Source: Parasitella parasitica NRRL 2501 (Eukaryota; Fungi; Mucoromycota). From it: a DNA stretch of 64,000 nt. Position 1 is the stretch's first letter, and each line of letters starts with the position of its first letter. The stretch lies in contig MU619304.1 in the NCBI GenBank assembly GCA_025201805.1, positions 78,182 to 142,181 on the forward strand, read 5' to 3'. The notes beneath the pieces are model-generated. The model saw nothing but the letters and a program-made list of their open reading frames with translations. It searched no databases and had not been told where the DNA came from. This document shows positions 1-13,400 of the stretch, one piece after another. Both the position numbers and the translations under genes were made by a program.

Positions 1-1769
1 CCGCTTGCCATGTAGTCTTGACTTTGCAAGTTTGGGTCAGTGATTGAAATTGTAGGAACAGGTAGAGTCATGACAATAAAACAGTGTCAGATTTATATAA
101 AAGATTCCCTCAGCCTTATTGAGTAACAGATAACAAAAATAGAAGTCGTTATTTTTTTTTTTTTGTCAAGCCTCTTCTGGTTGCTTGCAATGTTTTCAAA
201 AAGGATGTTGAAACGGAAGAAAAGGGAAATATAGAATTTTAAAGTGAAGATCTGAAGTACTTGGTTTTCGGACCTTCTCTTGCTTAATTCAGATATTTTC
301 TTCATTTTAGCAAAGACAAATGTTGTTTAACTTTTAGAATTTGCTCATAAACATGTATTTACTGTTGTAGAAGACCCATCTTAACTCTCTCGAATAATTT
401 ACCTCCCACGGCTATTAACCAATTCATCCAACAATGCACCAATGTCTTTGATTGTATAATGTCTCCTCCATCTGTGTAATAATTGTTACTCAACAGCTTG
501 ATAAGAGCTGTATCAAACTAAGCTCGTTACACCAAGATCTCCCATTCTTTAGAGAAGTACCATGTGCAATTTGAATTCAGTATTTAGGGTTATTAGATTA
601 TTGAAGATCAACAAAGGTAAACTCAAACGTCACTCATCACTACAAATCATAACTGCTGTTACAAGCAATGATTTAGTTGTAATACTATATAACAGATTCA
701 TTTTTGTCACACACACACTCTTGAAATAATTCAGAGTTCGCTCACACTCACATAATAAAAAGAAACTAGCTCACTATCACACACAAATGTCAAATCAAGA
801 GAGGACAATCATCCAACCCATTACATTATTGTTACTGACATGGCACCGAAACGGAGGGAGAAACGAAAAACGGACAACAAACGTGCCAAACAATATGTCC
901 AAACTATCGATTTTAATAAAATAAAAAAAAGAAAGCATAGATGAGCAATAAGCGTCAGATAGAAAGACATAGGTTGTACCAGTGCCATTACAATACCTTT
1001 AGTACGAATGGCGAGTTCAGAATGATATAATCAAGAAAGGCAATGCATGTACGGATACTGAATTTTGAATCTAACTAGGCAAAAAAACATTTGTTTAATT
1101 TGGCAAAGGTGCTAATAATGATAGACATCTTATTCGTGTAAAGCACTGATCAAAATTATCGAGAATCATTATTAGCTTTGTATATAATTGAGAATATGGT
1201 CTCCTTAAATAAAGCATTCTTTATTCTTCTTCTTACTTCTTTAAAAATACTAAATTTGGTAGGAAGTGCAGTTTAAATGTTTTATGTTGACTGGTCTTGC
1301 TTTATTATCAAAAATTTGAAAAAATGTAAAGAACTTTGTAGTAGAGCATCTTTGTTGTGCCACTGTAAAGGGCGCGGCGAAATGCTGTGTTAATGTTATA
1401 CGAAAAGGAGTGAACAAGACTTTCTCTGAGTAAAACCAGATACAAAACTAAAGACTTTTATTCACATGAGATATGATCTCTATTTATACCAGAATATATC
1501 CTGATCAATGTTTATCCATGTAACATCTAATATTTGACAGGAAGTGTCAAACATTGTTAAATCACAACGTTTCCAGGAACAGGCCTATTTTTCTTTTAAT
1601 AAACAGAAGATGTGAGCAAGATGCCTCCCCGAAATCCCACGATCTGGTCTTAATGTAATCTTAGAAATAAACTTAGAACCTTGCAAGAAGTTCAATTACA
1701 ACCTGTAGCTTATTCCTTATTTGTAAATGAATTGCCACCAATGGGTATCATGATCCGTACATTAAAACT

Positions 1770-3820
1770 ATCTTAGATATGACATATTTAGCCTTTATAT
1801 GGATACAATTAGCAAGACCATTTGGAATATGAAAAGATATCTATAAAGCCTAATAATCTATATGATTTGGGTCGATTTGATGCAGAATTTGAAGTCTGAC
1901 AAAATAAATTAGCAAACATTGCAAATTGCAATAGCAACATGTTTCTGAGCTTGAATTTACCACTGCGAATGTAGGCCTTTAGCAGTGAAGCACCTATTTC
2001 AATTGAGGAGCAAAGCATGAACTTCATAAACGATATGGTTATTTCTTAATATATATCAATAGCCAAGATGTTGTAAAATATGACTTGCAAAGCTATTTTA
2101 TGTAGCTTTATGTTTTGGTTAAAATAATTGCCGCCTAATCATGACCATCACCTTTTTTCCCACTCAAAAGCATAATCTACAATCTCTGATATCTTTATAA
2201 ACCATTAAGCGATAGAGACACTACTTTCAGCCAAAATCTTCTTTTTTTGAAGCATTTTATAACATATCCAAATTTCACGCACCTCTGGCCATTTTTCAGA
2301 TTTTGCTATGTTTGGACCCCAAACCTCATATTCAATTTTCAGTTTTCAACTTTGGGTCATCCTTCAGGGACATTTTTAGGTACGGATTTGGGGTCCAATC
2401 CAAGTATACAACCAAATACTGGTATGATAACTGTACCTCACTACGTCTTCCGATTCTCGATATCTATCTTTGCTGTCAAGATATTCCCAAAACCAAATTT
2501 TGCAGATTTTCCAAATTTTACAGCATATGGTCCTATAACAAGTACAAAATTTTGCAATTAAATCATGTTCAAGTTTTTAATTAAAGTAATAAAGCACACT
2601 TTGGCACACCTATTGGTAATAAACATGCTGTATTCAAGCTCGAATTCGAGAAGATTGGGTCGATTTTGTCTTTTTACGCTAAACTTTGTCTGCCTGTTTC
2701 TCAAAAAGCTACTATAACACTTTGGCTTGAGTGGTTATTAAAATCTTTTTAAAACTTAATTCTCTACTAGATGTGTAAGTTTTTAGATAGATATGTATAA
2801 AAAAATATTTTTTCATATGTTTTTAGCAGAGGCTTAATTTATTTTCATAAATTTCAAAGCAATAGATAGTATTTAAATATGTATGATAAATCAATAAAAT
2901 CATAGGGCTACAAAATAGCTATGGAATAGTTTTTATTTGGTTTAAAAATATCAATTTTTGCGCAAGATATTCGCAAAAAACAGTATGATTCTTTACCCTT
3001 TTGAATGGCTTCATTTTGGCCCTCTAAACATAGGGCCGGAAAATCGTAGATTCATTTTAGTCGAGACAAGATTTTGATTTTTGGCAGATATAATAGAGCT
3101 ACAGTTGTGAACAAAATATTGATGTGTAGGCATTGAGATGATGGTTTGTTTGGTCAACTTTATAGAGCTGAATATGCTCAATATATGCTCGATTTTACTC
3201 AAAAACTATCAAAAAGGGCGTTTTTCGAATATTTGAAAATTGGTATTAAGAAAAAGTGTTTATATAGCCTTTTAATTTATATTTTTGGATGAAGAATTTA
3301 TTGTTTGGTATAAAACACTTAGTATACATATCCGATATACCTATTGCGTTTATGAGATATCTAGCAATGAACTACCTTTAAAAAAGCTCAAATTTGGTTT
3401 GGGTCAAATGGAAACATAGTGCTGAGATTCAATCTGCAGCCTTTTTTTTTTATTTTCGCTGTAAATGAGTGCAACACCTATTTTCAATTGAAGAGCAAAG
3501 CATAATTCTAATAGGTACCTTGCGTATGTCTCCATATGAATCGATAGCTGATATACTGCATAATACGGGCTAAAAAACCATTTTTGTATATCTTTATTTT
3601 TGGGTGAAATAAACACCACCAAATCTGAATTATTACCTCTTTTTCTGCTTAAAGACATAATTTGCAATTACTGATACCTTTACAAACTATTAAGCGATAA
3701 AAACGCAGCTTTCAGCCAAAATATTTTCCGTTTAAACTATTCTACAACATATCCAATTCGCAAATATTTCTGATCGTTATTCAGGTTTTGCTATGTTTTT
3801 GGACCCCACACTTTATATTC
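1770..3820. repeat. AT-rich degenerate repeat block (direct copies about 1485 bp apart plus inverted patches), probable DNA-transposon relic
   Basis: cacctatttcaattgaggagcaaagcat (1991) vs cacctattttcaattgaagagcaaagcat (3475); ttttgctatgtttggacccc (2301) vs ttttgctatgtttttggacccc (3786); agctattttatgtagc (2091) recurs inverted at about 2897-2911. No credible ORF. Confidence 0.6.
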
Positions 3821-3994
3821 GGAAAACGGAGATGATCTTCCATATTTATAGAGAACCTATTCCAAATTATACGGGAAAAGATGTTCACTTAAAAAAGATT
3901 ATATATAATTGCAACGGTTGCTTTGTCAAACTCAAATTCACGAACTACTCGATCTGTGTCAATAGTGACCCAATGCCAAATGGTTTAGAAGAAT

Positions 3995-4332
3995 GATCCA
4001 ATTTCATGAAAGCGCTGGTGCTTTTGCCCAAGTCGATTAGCTTGCCAGATCCCAGTAATCCAGTACCTTCCATTGAAATTTATTATAAGTGGTTTGAGAG
4101 ACTTTTGCGATAGCTTCAACATCTTGTGTTTGGAGAATCATAGACTTGGAGCCATTAAGAGTAATGCTTTAACCACTATTGTCGACATCACCATCACCTT
4201 CCTTGGGCAACAGTATTGGGTCATTTTGGCGGATTTGTAGCAGGAAGAGACACTACGTTTGCTAACTGGGGCAGTGAACACCATATTGTTAATCATAAAT
4301 ACCAAGATGGCAATCAAAGAGATACGAGTCAT
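3995..4332 (-). pseudogene. Frameshifted, truncated secreted 3D-domain (DPBB/MltA-like) protein pseudogene
   Basis: Signal peptide and KR site (MTRISLIAILVFM..APVSKR). Across frameshifts it reads TQY..PKEGDGDVDNSG*SITLNGSK..IAKVSQTTYNKFQ/MEGTGLLGSGKLIDL, resembling the Mucorales TQYWIPKEG..FQMEGTGLL family as I recall it. Breaks off at the repeat block. Confidence 0.55.
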
Positions 4333-4364
4333 GGGATTTTACTTCATTTGTATAAATCCTGTTA

Positions 4365-5168
4365 TTGGATATACTGCAATCTATTTCCAAAATGGGTCTT
4401 TTATGTTGTTAAGATAAAGCAGTTTGGATCTTGGTGCACTCATATAGTGTTATTTGTGGTAGTATTTGGGCAATCAGAGACAAGAACACTTCCACAAAGA
4501 ATTCTTTTCGTACAAATTCATTCAAGTTGAAATTGCTGTTTGTGGCCAATTCTTTCAAGAACATGTATTTTGAAAAAGCAAATGTGTGAGTGATAACTGT
4601 ATGAGCAGTATTCACTAGATTATACACTGGCTGCAAAAATTCTGGTTTCCATATATTTTTGATCGTTGTTTTCACTGTCATCACTTTTTCTCCTGTTTTA
4701 TCATCAAAGTTTTTTCGTTGTAGAACCAGGTTTGGTAGCAGTAGAGTCAGACTTGGAAGCAGTGACATTGGGTACATTCATGAAACTATCTGGTTGTGTA
4801 GTCTTGCTTGATTCACCTACCATTGGACCTTGAGGATTGGTGTTACGAAAGCCGATCTTGCTTGTGCTACCAATTTCGTCTTTGGCAGAATTGTCGCTTT
4901 GTTTACCTATGTAATGAGTGTTTAAAATGCTTTGACTCTTCAACACTTCAGAATATAATGTGCGAATACGTACTTCTTTTTCTAAAGGTTACTGATGGCT
5001 GAAATCATCGTCTGAATTGTCGGTTATAATTTTTTCATATGCGTCTACCATCATAGCTTAAATTAGTAACTTTTTGATCAGAAATTAACATGTATCTTTG
5101 CCGTTTCTGTTCTTAAAAGACCCCTCTTCAGAGCAAGAAGTAGAAATGTTCTTCCGACTTTTCGTCAT
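4365..5168 (-). pseudogene. Decayed N-terminal (WED/REC) fragment of a Fanzor1-type protein
   Basis: VKTTIKNIWKPEFLQPVYNLVNTAHTVITHTFAFSKYMFLKEL..KEFFVEVFLSL, then with frameshifts QITLYECTKIQTA(Y)LNNIK.HFGNRL (Fanzor1-like Y-x-NNI-xx-HF). Low-complexity leader with stops; no RuvC. Confidence 0.6.
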
Positions 5169-6975
5169 CTGTAATTTCCTGAAGGGAATAGTTATTTATA
5201 TTGTGTCTTCAGAAAACTAGCTTAAAAAAGAAACAAATGTGTAGGGAAAAAAACAAGACAGAAAATATTAATGGAGGATGCATTGTAGGTTCTAGTAACG
5301 ACAATATGTGCTTTTGAATATGACAATTACTTTTGTCGAAATCGACATTTAATTTGAGGAAACACCATTTATTTTTTTCCAATGGATGTTTATATTCCAA
5401 TAAATGCCATTTGTCTTTTCAAAATGACAAAATTTACAGGTTGCACTGTATATAATATTAGTAATTGCTTTTTTTTGCTTTACAATTCCCACATGCCTCC
5501 TTTGTTTCTTTATTTCAATAGAATTTGGGTTACATTTGAGATATATAGACTATCTCTAAGTGAGATGTAATTAAGAAAAATCGACATAAAGTGACTGTAT
5601 AGCATGAAGTTTCTGTGTAATAAATTTACCATGTATTTGTAATTGTAGCTTGTACTGGAAAAAATCCAATACATATTTTCATAAAGGAATAAAATGGGAC
5701 AATTTTAATTGTCTTGCGTAATATGCTATAAATAAATTTTGCCAGTACGTACAGTCTTGCAATTGAAAGAGTTTTATGATATCCCAGATAATATTTGTTA
5801 ATTCATATCAATTTAATATGGATACATGATTAACTACCTTGTATTGTGTCAACTGAGTACATGCTGAAGGCACTAGAAGTATCTTTGTCAATGTTTGACT
5901 ACATGTGTTCACCAAGCGATCTTGTTATATATAGTTTCTAACAGCGTACTTCAATTAAGTAAGTAATCTCTTGATTGGTCTTCCAATCGACTGTTTCAGG
6001 CACATCTTATCAAGCAATTTCGCTCATGTTTTCGTACGCCAGTCTGGCGATGTGTAATGAGGTCATGTTCTCCCATACATGAATTAAGAACTGTCAAAAC
6101 ATATGTATACATACGTAATGGTATGATAAACATAAAAAAATTACCATAAAATATTGATCATAATATGGTTCCTGTCATTGTGCGCATTACACCATATTTT
6201 TTTCTATCGGCATGAATGCATGTGTTAGCAAGTATCTGCGAAATACTGAAATCGGTCTTTAAATAGTCATAGGAACAAAACCTCAACATAATAGTAATGA
6301 TGGCCAGTGCTCATGTACCCCTTTGAATCATATTATCTATTAATGAATTACATGAACTATAAAAAACCGCGGAAAATGGAGACAGTATTATATAAACAAG
6401 ATAGCAGATAATCCTCTTTTTCAAAGCTTATCTTATTCATATGTAAATAAAGGCGTCGAATGTGCATTTGACAAGAAATTAAAACATACTATACAACTTC
6501 TAGAAAAAGAAGACAAGCAATAATTGTAAACATGCAGATTTGTTTTAAAAGTGTTTGTAGTAGATATTGTATATTGTTCATATTATTTAAAGGTATGAGG
6601 GATGCTGCATTAAACAATATTTTAAAGCAAAAGCATTTTAGCCTGCTGCAACCGTGCTCAGCGTCGATGTTTCGACTTAACAGATTAATTGAACAATAAA
6701 GAACATATTTCTTCATTTAGCACTGCTTTATAACCTTAAACTTTTGACGTGTAACTCTACCAAAGTGTATTGCTTGACTTGTTTACGAAATCAACGCCAA
6801 GTCTAATATATTTATCAATGATGATATCGTGGTGTCACTATTTATAATCGCCGCGAGCTATATACAGTTACAAACGGTGGGGTCACGCTAGTCTTACTAG
6901 TTTTAATTAAATTGCTATACAAAACGCAGATAACAATAGCCTCTTTCCCCTCTTTTCTCCATCTGCCAACGTAAA

Positions 6976-7207
6976 ATGTCTACCACCACTGAAACTATCA
7001 CTAATCCCGTCAGCACTGCTAAATTGGATCTACCAGATGTTTGTGATATGGAAAAGAAGTTTCAATCCAAGATGGAAGTCATCAATAACTATCTGAAAAA
7101 AGCACATCATCAGACACAGTGTTACTGGGACGTGATCAAGGTGAGTGCAATCAATCTGTGGCAATAGTAAAGTATATGTTAAATGTGCTTGTTTATGGTT
7201 GATTAAC

Positions 7208-7291
<84 letters not shown>

Positions 7292-7585
7292 NNNNNNNNN
7301 NTATTTGCAAGCGAGGAGTTTAGATTGGGAGTCTACATTTTCGGCTTGTTCTCTGCCCTTCCTGCAGCTGTCTTCTTGCTGTTTTTCACATTGGTTATAT
7401 TTATCACAACTGTTTTGGTCGGCTTTGTATGGACATTTTTTGTGTTTTCAGCGCTTACTATCGGTTTGGCGATATTGGTACCTATTTTGATGGGATGCTC
7501 GGTTACAGTGGGATTTTTAATCGTTGGATATGATATTTATCAACATCTGTTACGATTAAAACAAGCAAACAAAAAGACCCAATGA
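6976..7585 (+). CDS. Promethin/LDAF1-like small hydrophobic lipid-droplet protein (2 exons; intron spans an assembly gap)
   Basis: Exon 1 ends AAG|GTGAGT at 7140. Exon 2 is a long uninterrupted hydrophobic stretch (GLFSALPAAVFLLFF..LAILVPILMG). Confidence 0.6.
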
Positions 7586-7959
7586 ATAAATCAGGAAATC
7601 TGTAAAAAACATTGCATGCGGTGTGGCCTGTGAGTCTGATGAGGGCGTTATTTTTTTTTTTTCTCGAGAGACTGAGAGAAAGATCGACACACATATTTAA
7701 ACATTTGTATCATATTTTTAAATGGAATATCCTAATCAAAGGGTTCTCCGATGTTTTTTCCTAATACAATAAATGCGTCTAAAATATATAACATGTATTT
7801 ACTGAATGATTTGTATAGAAATGCCCCTTTCAAGGGTTCTTCTCTTTCATTTTGATTTGCGCTCTACTTTGTTTTCCCCCTTAATTATTGGAGTATTTAA
7901 CCTTTTACATTTACACTATATATCATCACATTTCTTTATGTTACGTTTCACTATACAAC

Positions 7960-8809
7960 ATGTCTAAAACTAGATCTTCTTCCGCTCGCGTTCGTCATAA
8001 TAAATGGAACAATACCCCTATTCATACAATTGTCTGCACAAATTCAAATACAAGTTCCAACAAGAAAAGCTCGTTTGAAACCATCATACATCATCCTCGC
8101 CGTCTGGGCTCAGGTTCTGCTTGCGAAAGATGCAGAAGTCGAAAAACGAAATGCGATGGCGGACAACCATGCTCATTTTGCGCCACACATGGCATCCAAT
8201 GCGTCCACCGTCAAAAGAAGAAAAAGAGAAATTCGTACTTTTATGGCCCCAATGATGCCGGCGACAAACTGGATGCTATAAATGTCCAACTCCCTTCTTC
8301 TTTATATCGTCAGCATAGAAACCAAGCACCAGATTTTAAACAGAGGAAAGCGCAATCTTCTTATTTCGATACTGTGATACAACAAGATTCAATTAAAATC
8401 AGTGATGCTAGTAGTACCGATAGTAGCATTAGCTCAATTTGCAGCATGCATGGTAATGTACAATATACATATGAAAAATTAGGCTTTCGCACGAAACTGT
8501 ATTAACTGGCATAATCTAGTACCTGAGGAAGTTGTATATGACAAAAAGGACCAACCAAGATCTGCTGCATTATCGGCAGATGATCCTCATCCAGAATCTT
8601 GGTCAAATAGAAGAATGCCGAGCATGTTGGGTAAGGAGAATACAATGACCATATTGACACTATATCCGAAATGAAAAAAGCACGCTATCTGATTAAAGTT
8701 TTATTAATCGCACTTGTACTATTTTCTTTGTGTAGATCAATTATCACATCGTACATTTACGCTCGAAGCGATATATGCTTCGTGCCATAATACTTGGCAA
8801 CAAAAGTAA
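7960..8809 (+). CDS. Small Zn(II)2Cys6 transcription factor (3 exons)
   Basis: ACERCRSRKTKCDGGQPCSFCATHGIQC binuclear cluster; GT-AG introns near 8453-8519 and 8631-8735. Confidence 0.85.
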
Positions 8810-9557
8810 AATCTTTTGTATATACATATATAACAATCTCGTCTAAAGCGTATAGATACGCTTAGGCCATAATAGTCATTATAATACACCACACAAACAT
8901 CCGGAAAAGCATGCTTTTGTCTCCCTGCTTTATTTTTTACGTCCCCTTTTCATAATCAAAAATCGCTTAATAAAAAAAAACCTCCCAGGAAAAAGAAGAC
9001 ATACATTATAGAGGTGAAGCAAGAGATAACACTATTCTCTTGCAGAAAATAGGACTGATAGTGTGCCACATGTGTTTTCATTTATATAGAATATGTACAT
9101 GTAAAAGCGAATTGCAGAAACCGTCGATCTACTATAAATCAATGCTGGTTGATGCAGTTGCAACGACGAATCTGTTTATGCTCATCAAATATTCGTTGTA
9201 TCCTTCGTTGATATCTTGGCCACAATCCCCTATCTTTACTTTGAATATGTCCTACAAAAACATGGCTTGCTTCAGTGACCTCTCATCAGCAAAAGGCACC
9301 GTACTTTTTCAAGCTCTGTGGTGTTCCCCTTACATAGAAATCATGATCCGATCACCAAAAAAAAGAGCTTATGACACACTCGAGGTGTTCCTCTTGCTGT
9401 ATTCACATTTGAAACGAGACTTAATTCACAATGATGTTGCATGATGGGGGATACCCCCGTAAGGTGACTGGTTTGACAGGTGCAAGTGTGCTCAGACAAC
9501 ACATTTAAGATGCAGTATCAGTCTAGACGATTCTCTTCTGTTATTTTTTTATTAAAC

Positions 9558-10395
9558 ATGGCTGCCAAAAATCTTCCCAAGGTCTTCTTTGATGTTGCCG
9601 TTAACGGCAATCCCAGTGGCCGTATGACTTTCAAGGTAAAAACAAAAGCAAAGCCTTGCTTTTGGTGATGAATGTGTGCTAAACCTAAACTACACCACAT
9701 TAGCTTTTTGCTGATACTGTACCCAAAACCGCCGAGAACTTTCGTGCTCTCTGTACTGGCGAGAAGGGTATTGGTAAGTCTGGTAAGGCTTTGAGCTATA
9801 AGAATAGTGCATTGTAAGTAAAGTTATTGATGAACTGGACATGTTGTTGACAATTGTATATGCATGAAGCCATCGCATTATCCCCGGTTTCATGGCACAA
9901 GGTGGCGGTAAGTTTATGTAATTGACCTGGGTATTTGAAGCCATTTCACAAACTATTTGAATAGATTTCACTTTAGGCGATGGTCGCGGTGGAGAGTCTA
10001 TTTATGGCGCCAAGTTTAACGAGTAAGTTAGGGCATGGATGCAGATGCCATGGCATTTAGGAACGAAAAAATTAACAAATGTTTAGTGAAAACTTCACTT
10101 TGAAGCATGAAGGCAAGGGTATCTTGTCTATGGCTAATGCTGGACCCGTAAGTTGATCAAGAAATGATAATATCTACGAGGACAGCTAAACTCAATTGCT
10201 CAATTGTAGAACACCAATGGCTCCCAATTCTTTATCACTTTTGACAGCACTCCTTGGTTGGACGGCAACCATACTGTCTTTGGCCAAATTATCGAAGGTG
10301 ATGATGTTTTGAAACTCTTGGAGAAATACGGCACTCAAAGTGGTAGACCCACGGCTAAAATCGAAATTGTTGATTCTGGGGAACTCAAGGAATAA
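9558..10395 (+). CDS. Cyclophilin A-type peptidyl-prolyl isomerase (multi-exon)
   Basis: [64 protein letters not shown] across short introns. Confidence 0.95.
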
Positions 10396-10417
10396 ACAAT
10401 TATGTTTTATTTTTGAA

Positions 10418-13400
10418 TCAATAATAGAAAGTACGTGGCTCCTGCTGCTGTTGCTGCTGATTATTAAATATACTAGGTGTTGAGCTATTGATAGTCTTGA
10501 ATACCGAATATTTATCACTGGGGTCTAAACATCGTAGACGTACAATTAGCAATTTACATGATTTAATGATTTCCCTCTTAAGCTTTACCTATTTGAGAAT
10601 TCATATTGTTGCCAGCAAATGGTTGTGGCACAAAACCTACTGAATTTTGCTGAGGTAAACCATAGTTTGGTTGCATCACGACAGGGTTACCGGGAGCACC
10701 ACTTCCAAATGGATTATCAGGCGTTGCATTGGCCCAGTTTCTTCCTCCTGCTGTTGCGCCAGTTGTCTGATGTTGTAATTGAGGTGAGCCGAAGCTGCTG
10801 ACAGTGGATTGGAAACTGCTCGCCGTTAATTGCGGAGCAAGAGCAGGTGGTAAGACAGATTGCAATGGAACGACGCTGGGAGTAGGGTGATTATACATGT
10901 ATTGATTTAATGAAGATGAGCTGTTGTTATTGGTGAATAGAGGTTGTTGCTGTACAGATGATTGTAGTGGTGCAAAACTGCTTCCTGTAGGCTGCTGCTG
11001 CTGGAATCCATTGCTTGTTGGTTTTTGAGTTGTAGGTTGATAGGATGATAGCAAAGAAGTGCCGTCTTGCATTACGAATGGTGAAGAAGTGACGTTACCC
11101 TGATGATGCATCGAAGGCATCAAGTCCATTCTGCTGTTTTGAGATTGGAAGCTTGATTGTGCTTGTAATGGGGTAGAGGCACTGTTAGCAGTTGTAGGTG
11201 GCGGCGGCACAGGTCGTCTATTAGCAGCAGCAAGTGCAGGACTTCCTCCCCATTTAGCAAGCAGTTCAGGATCGACCATGTTTTGCTGAGATAACGGAGG
11301 CGTGGGTCTTTGCCGAGGTGGTAATGAGACATTTGCTGGCGGTGTATTACTTTTCTCCGCAGTAGCATTCCACGCTGGATTTGCTGCTGCTGCTACTGCT
11401 ACTGACTGTACAGAAGGAGAAGAAGAGGCACGGGGGGCCCAAGCGTCATCTTCAAATGCAGGCTTCATTAGTGTATTGTTGACAGGTGGCGGAGGTGCAG
11501 AAGGTGATTGAATTAGCGTTGCAGGCACAGGCTTCAATGGCTCAAATTGCTGTGGTGTCAATACAGAGGAGTTTACATCGCGAGGAGCAGAATGCGAGGG
11601 GGTAGGTCTTCCTGTGCCACGGCGATGCAAGCCCGTATTAATATTGCCTTCTCCTTGTTCCTGTAATTGCCTAGCAAAAATTTCGTCTTGTTGGATTTGC
11701 CATTCCACATCATTCTCGTTATGGTCATTATCATCGTCTTCAGGAATATAGCTAACAGCACCAAAGGTAACTGATTTCTTGACTCTAATTCTGGGCTTGG
11801 CTAGCCCTCCTGCTCTGGTTCTTCCTGCATCTTCATTATCGGAAGGCGGTTCGGCTTTATTTGTTTCTATGAACCTTTGTATGCGTTGTACATGCCTTTC
11901 GGACATACCCAAAAGCTTCATCTTTCCATGTGTAAGACGCTCTATATCCTGCTCAGTCAGTCGGTTGGCATCAAAGTTCCCAGCGTACTCGACACATGCA
12001 CTGTGAGGAAGATTTGCCTTTTTGAAATAGTCAAACCAAGTAAATTGACTATTCAATTGTGCAAGTGGTATATTGTCGTTTTTGTCCTCGTGCTGCTTAA
12101 TGCCGGTTTCTTGTTCAATGTATTTCAAATCCTCAACACACATCTTTTGTGAGGGAACGTCAATTTTGACACCGTTTGTCTTGAAGAGTCTAATTTTGCC
12201 GTTGGCACAAGAAAGAAATTGAGCTTCTACTTTGAATGCTCCTGTACGATCAGTCCACATTCTGACTTTTGCTGGGTCAGGCTCTATTTTGAACGTTAGC
12301 TTTCCGCGTACTTTCTACACTGGATATTATCAAGACATACTATTGGGATATACATGCTTCGGTGTTTGAGGCTGCTGATTATCTAAACAATGGGATATTA
12401 AAATGAATGAAGCTGTATAGATAATTGTGATTTATACATGTAGGTAAGCTAGAATGTAGCGTAGTGTGATTTAATGGTTGTGGCTGTGGCTGTGTTTGTG
12501 CTTGTGCTTGAGCTTGAGCTTGCGGAGGAGGAGGTGGTGGTGCAGGAATTTGGCTTCGTCCTATCCAACTTGCATAAGAATGACATGTCAGCTGTGAAAA
12601 CTCAAAAACTTACTAGGAGAGCCACCTCCCATTTGAGGTGAGGCCATAGCATTTGCTGCAAACTATCACATCGCTTTAGTGAAAGCCTACGAAAATATTC
12701 AAATACACTTACAGCAGCTTGTCTCTTGGCATCAATTTCTTTCTGTTTGGCCTCCTCTTGCATTTTTCTTCTTCTATCAACTTCTGCTTGTCGAGCCCTT
12801 TCTTTTTCTTCCAAATCTATTTGGCGATTGAGCTCTGTCATCTCTTTTTGTCTCTGCTTTTCACGCAAATCCTCCTCTTCCTTTTGTTGCTTCTCTTTAG
12901 CAGCAGCAGCAGCTTCTAATCGCCTTTTTTCTTCCTCTGCATCCTCTGCTTGCAAATCTGCTTCATACTCGTCCTGAAATTTAACGTAGTTTGCAGGGAT
13001 AATGCCGGCAGTGCCATCTTTATGTTCAATACTCCACCAATCTGAACTCGTAACATAATCGGTGATCAGTACTTGCTCGTACTCTTGCAAATAGGTCTCT
13101 TCGTCGGTTTCGGGTTTAAAAGCAAAAAGGGCAACGGCCCAACGAGGCTCACAAGTTGGAGTAGGTGATGTGGCAACGACTTCAGGTACAGGGTTTGATG
13201 CTGATGATACTGCATTTGTTGTCAACGGCAAATTTAACCCAATGGCGGCATTGGAAGCTGTTTTTGACGACTCGATCTTTGCCAAGATGCTTTTTGCTTC
13301 TGATTGTAAGGCTGTTTGAAAGTCAAACACAGTATGTTCCGCATTATTTATCTCAATGTGAACATTTTTACCGTCAATTGATGCAGTTAAGACTTGGTTT

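Noticed and set aside
1394-1566. Possible short solo LTR (TGTTAT..ATCACA, minus-strand TATA and AATAAA)
   Set aside because: No target-site duplication or second copy in the window.
7209-7301. Very long poly-T runs (also poly-A 37713-37772 and poly-T 62171-62266) giving poly-Phe ORFs
   Set aside because: They lie in introns or 3' regions, one abuts an N gap, and they are most likely inflated homopolymers from assembly. A retro-tail at 62171 would be on the wrong strand for the F-box gene.
9446-9458. GGGGG-ATA-CCCCC mini-hairpin upstream of cyclophilin
   Set aside because: Too short to distinguish from chance.
9558-10395. Functional link between the cyclophilin gene and Fanzor (I recall a cyclophilin co-purifying with one fungal Fanzor)
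   Set aside because: It is 53 kb away in a housekeeping block; linkage carries no information here, and the recollection is unverified.
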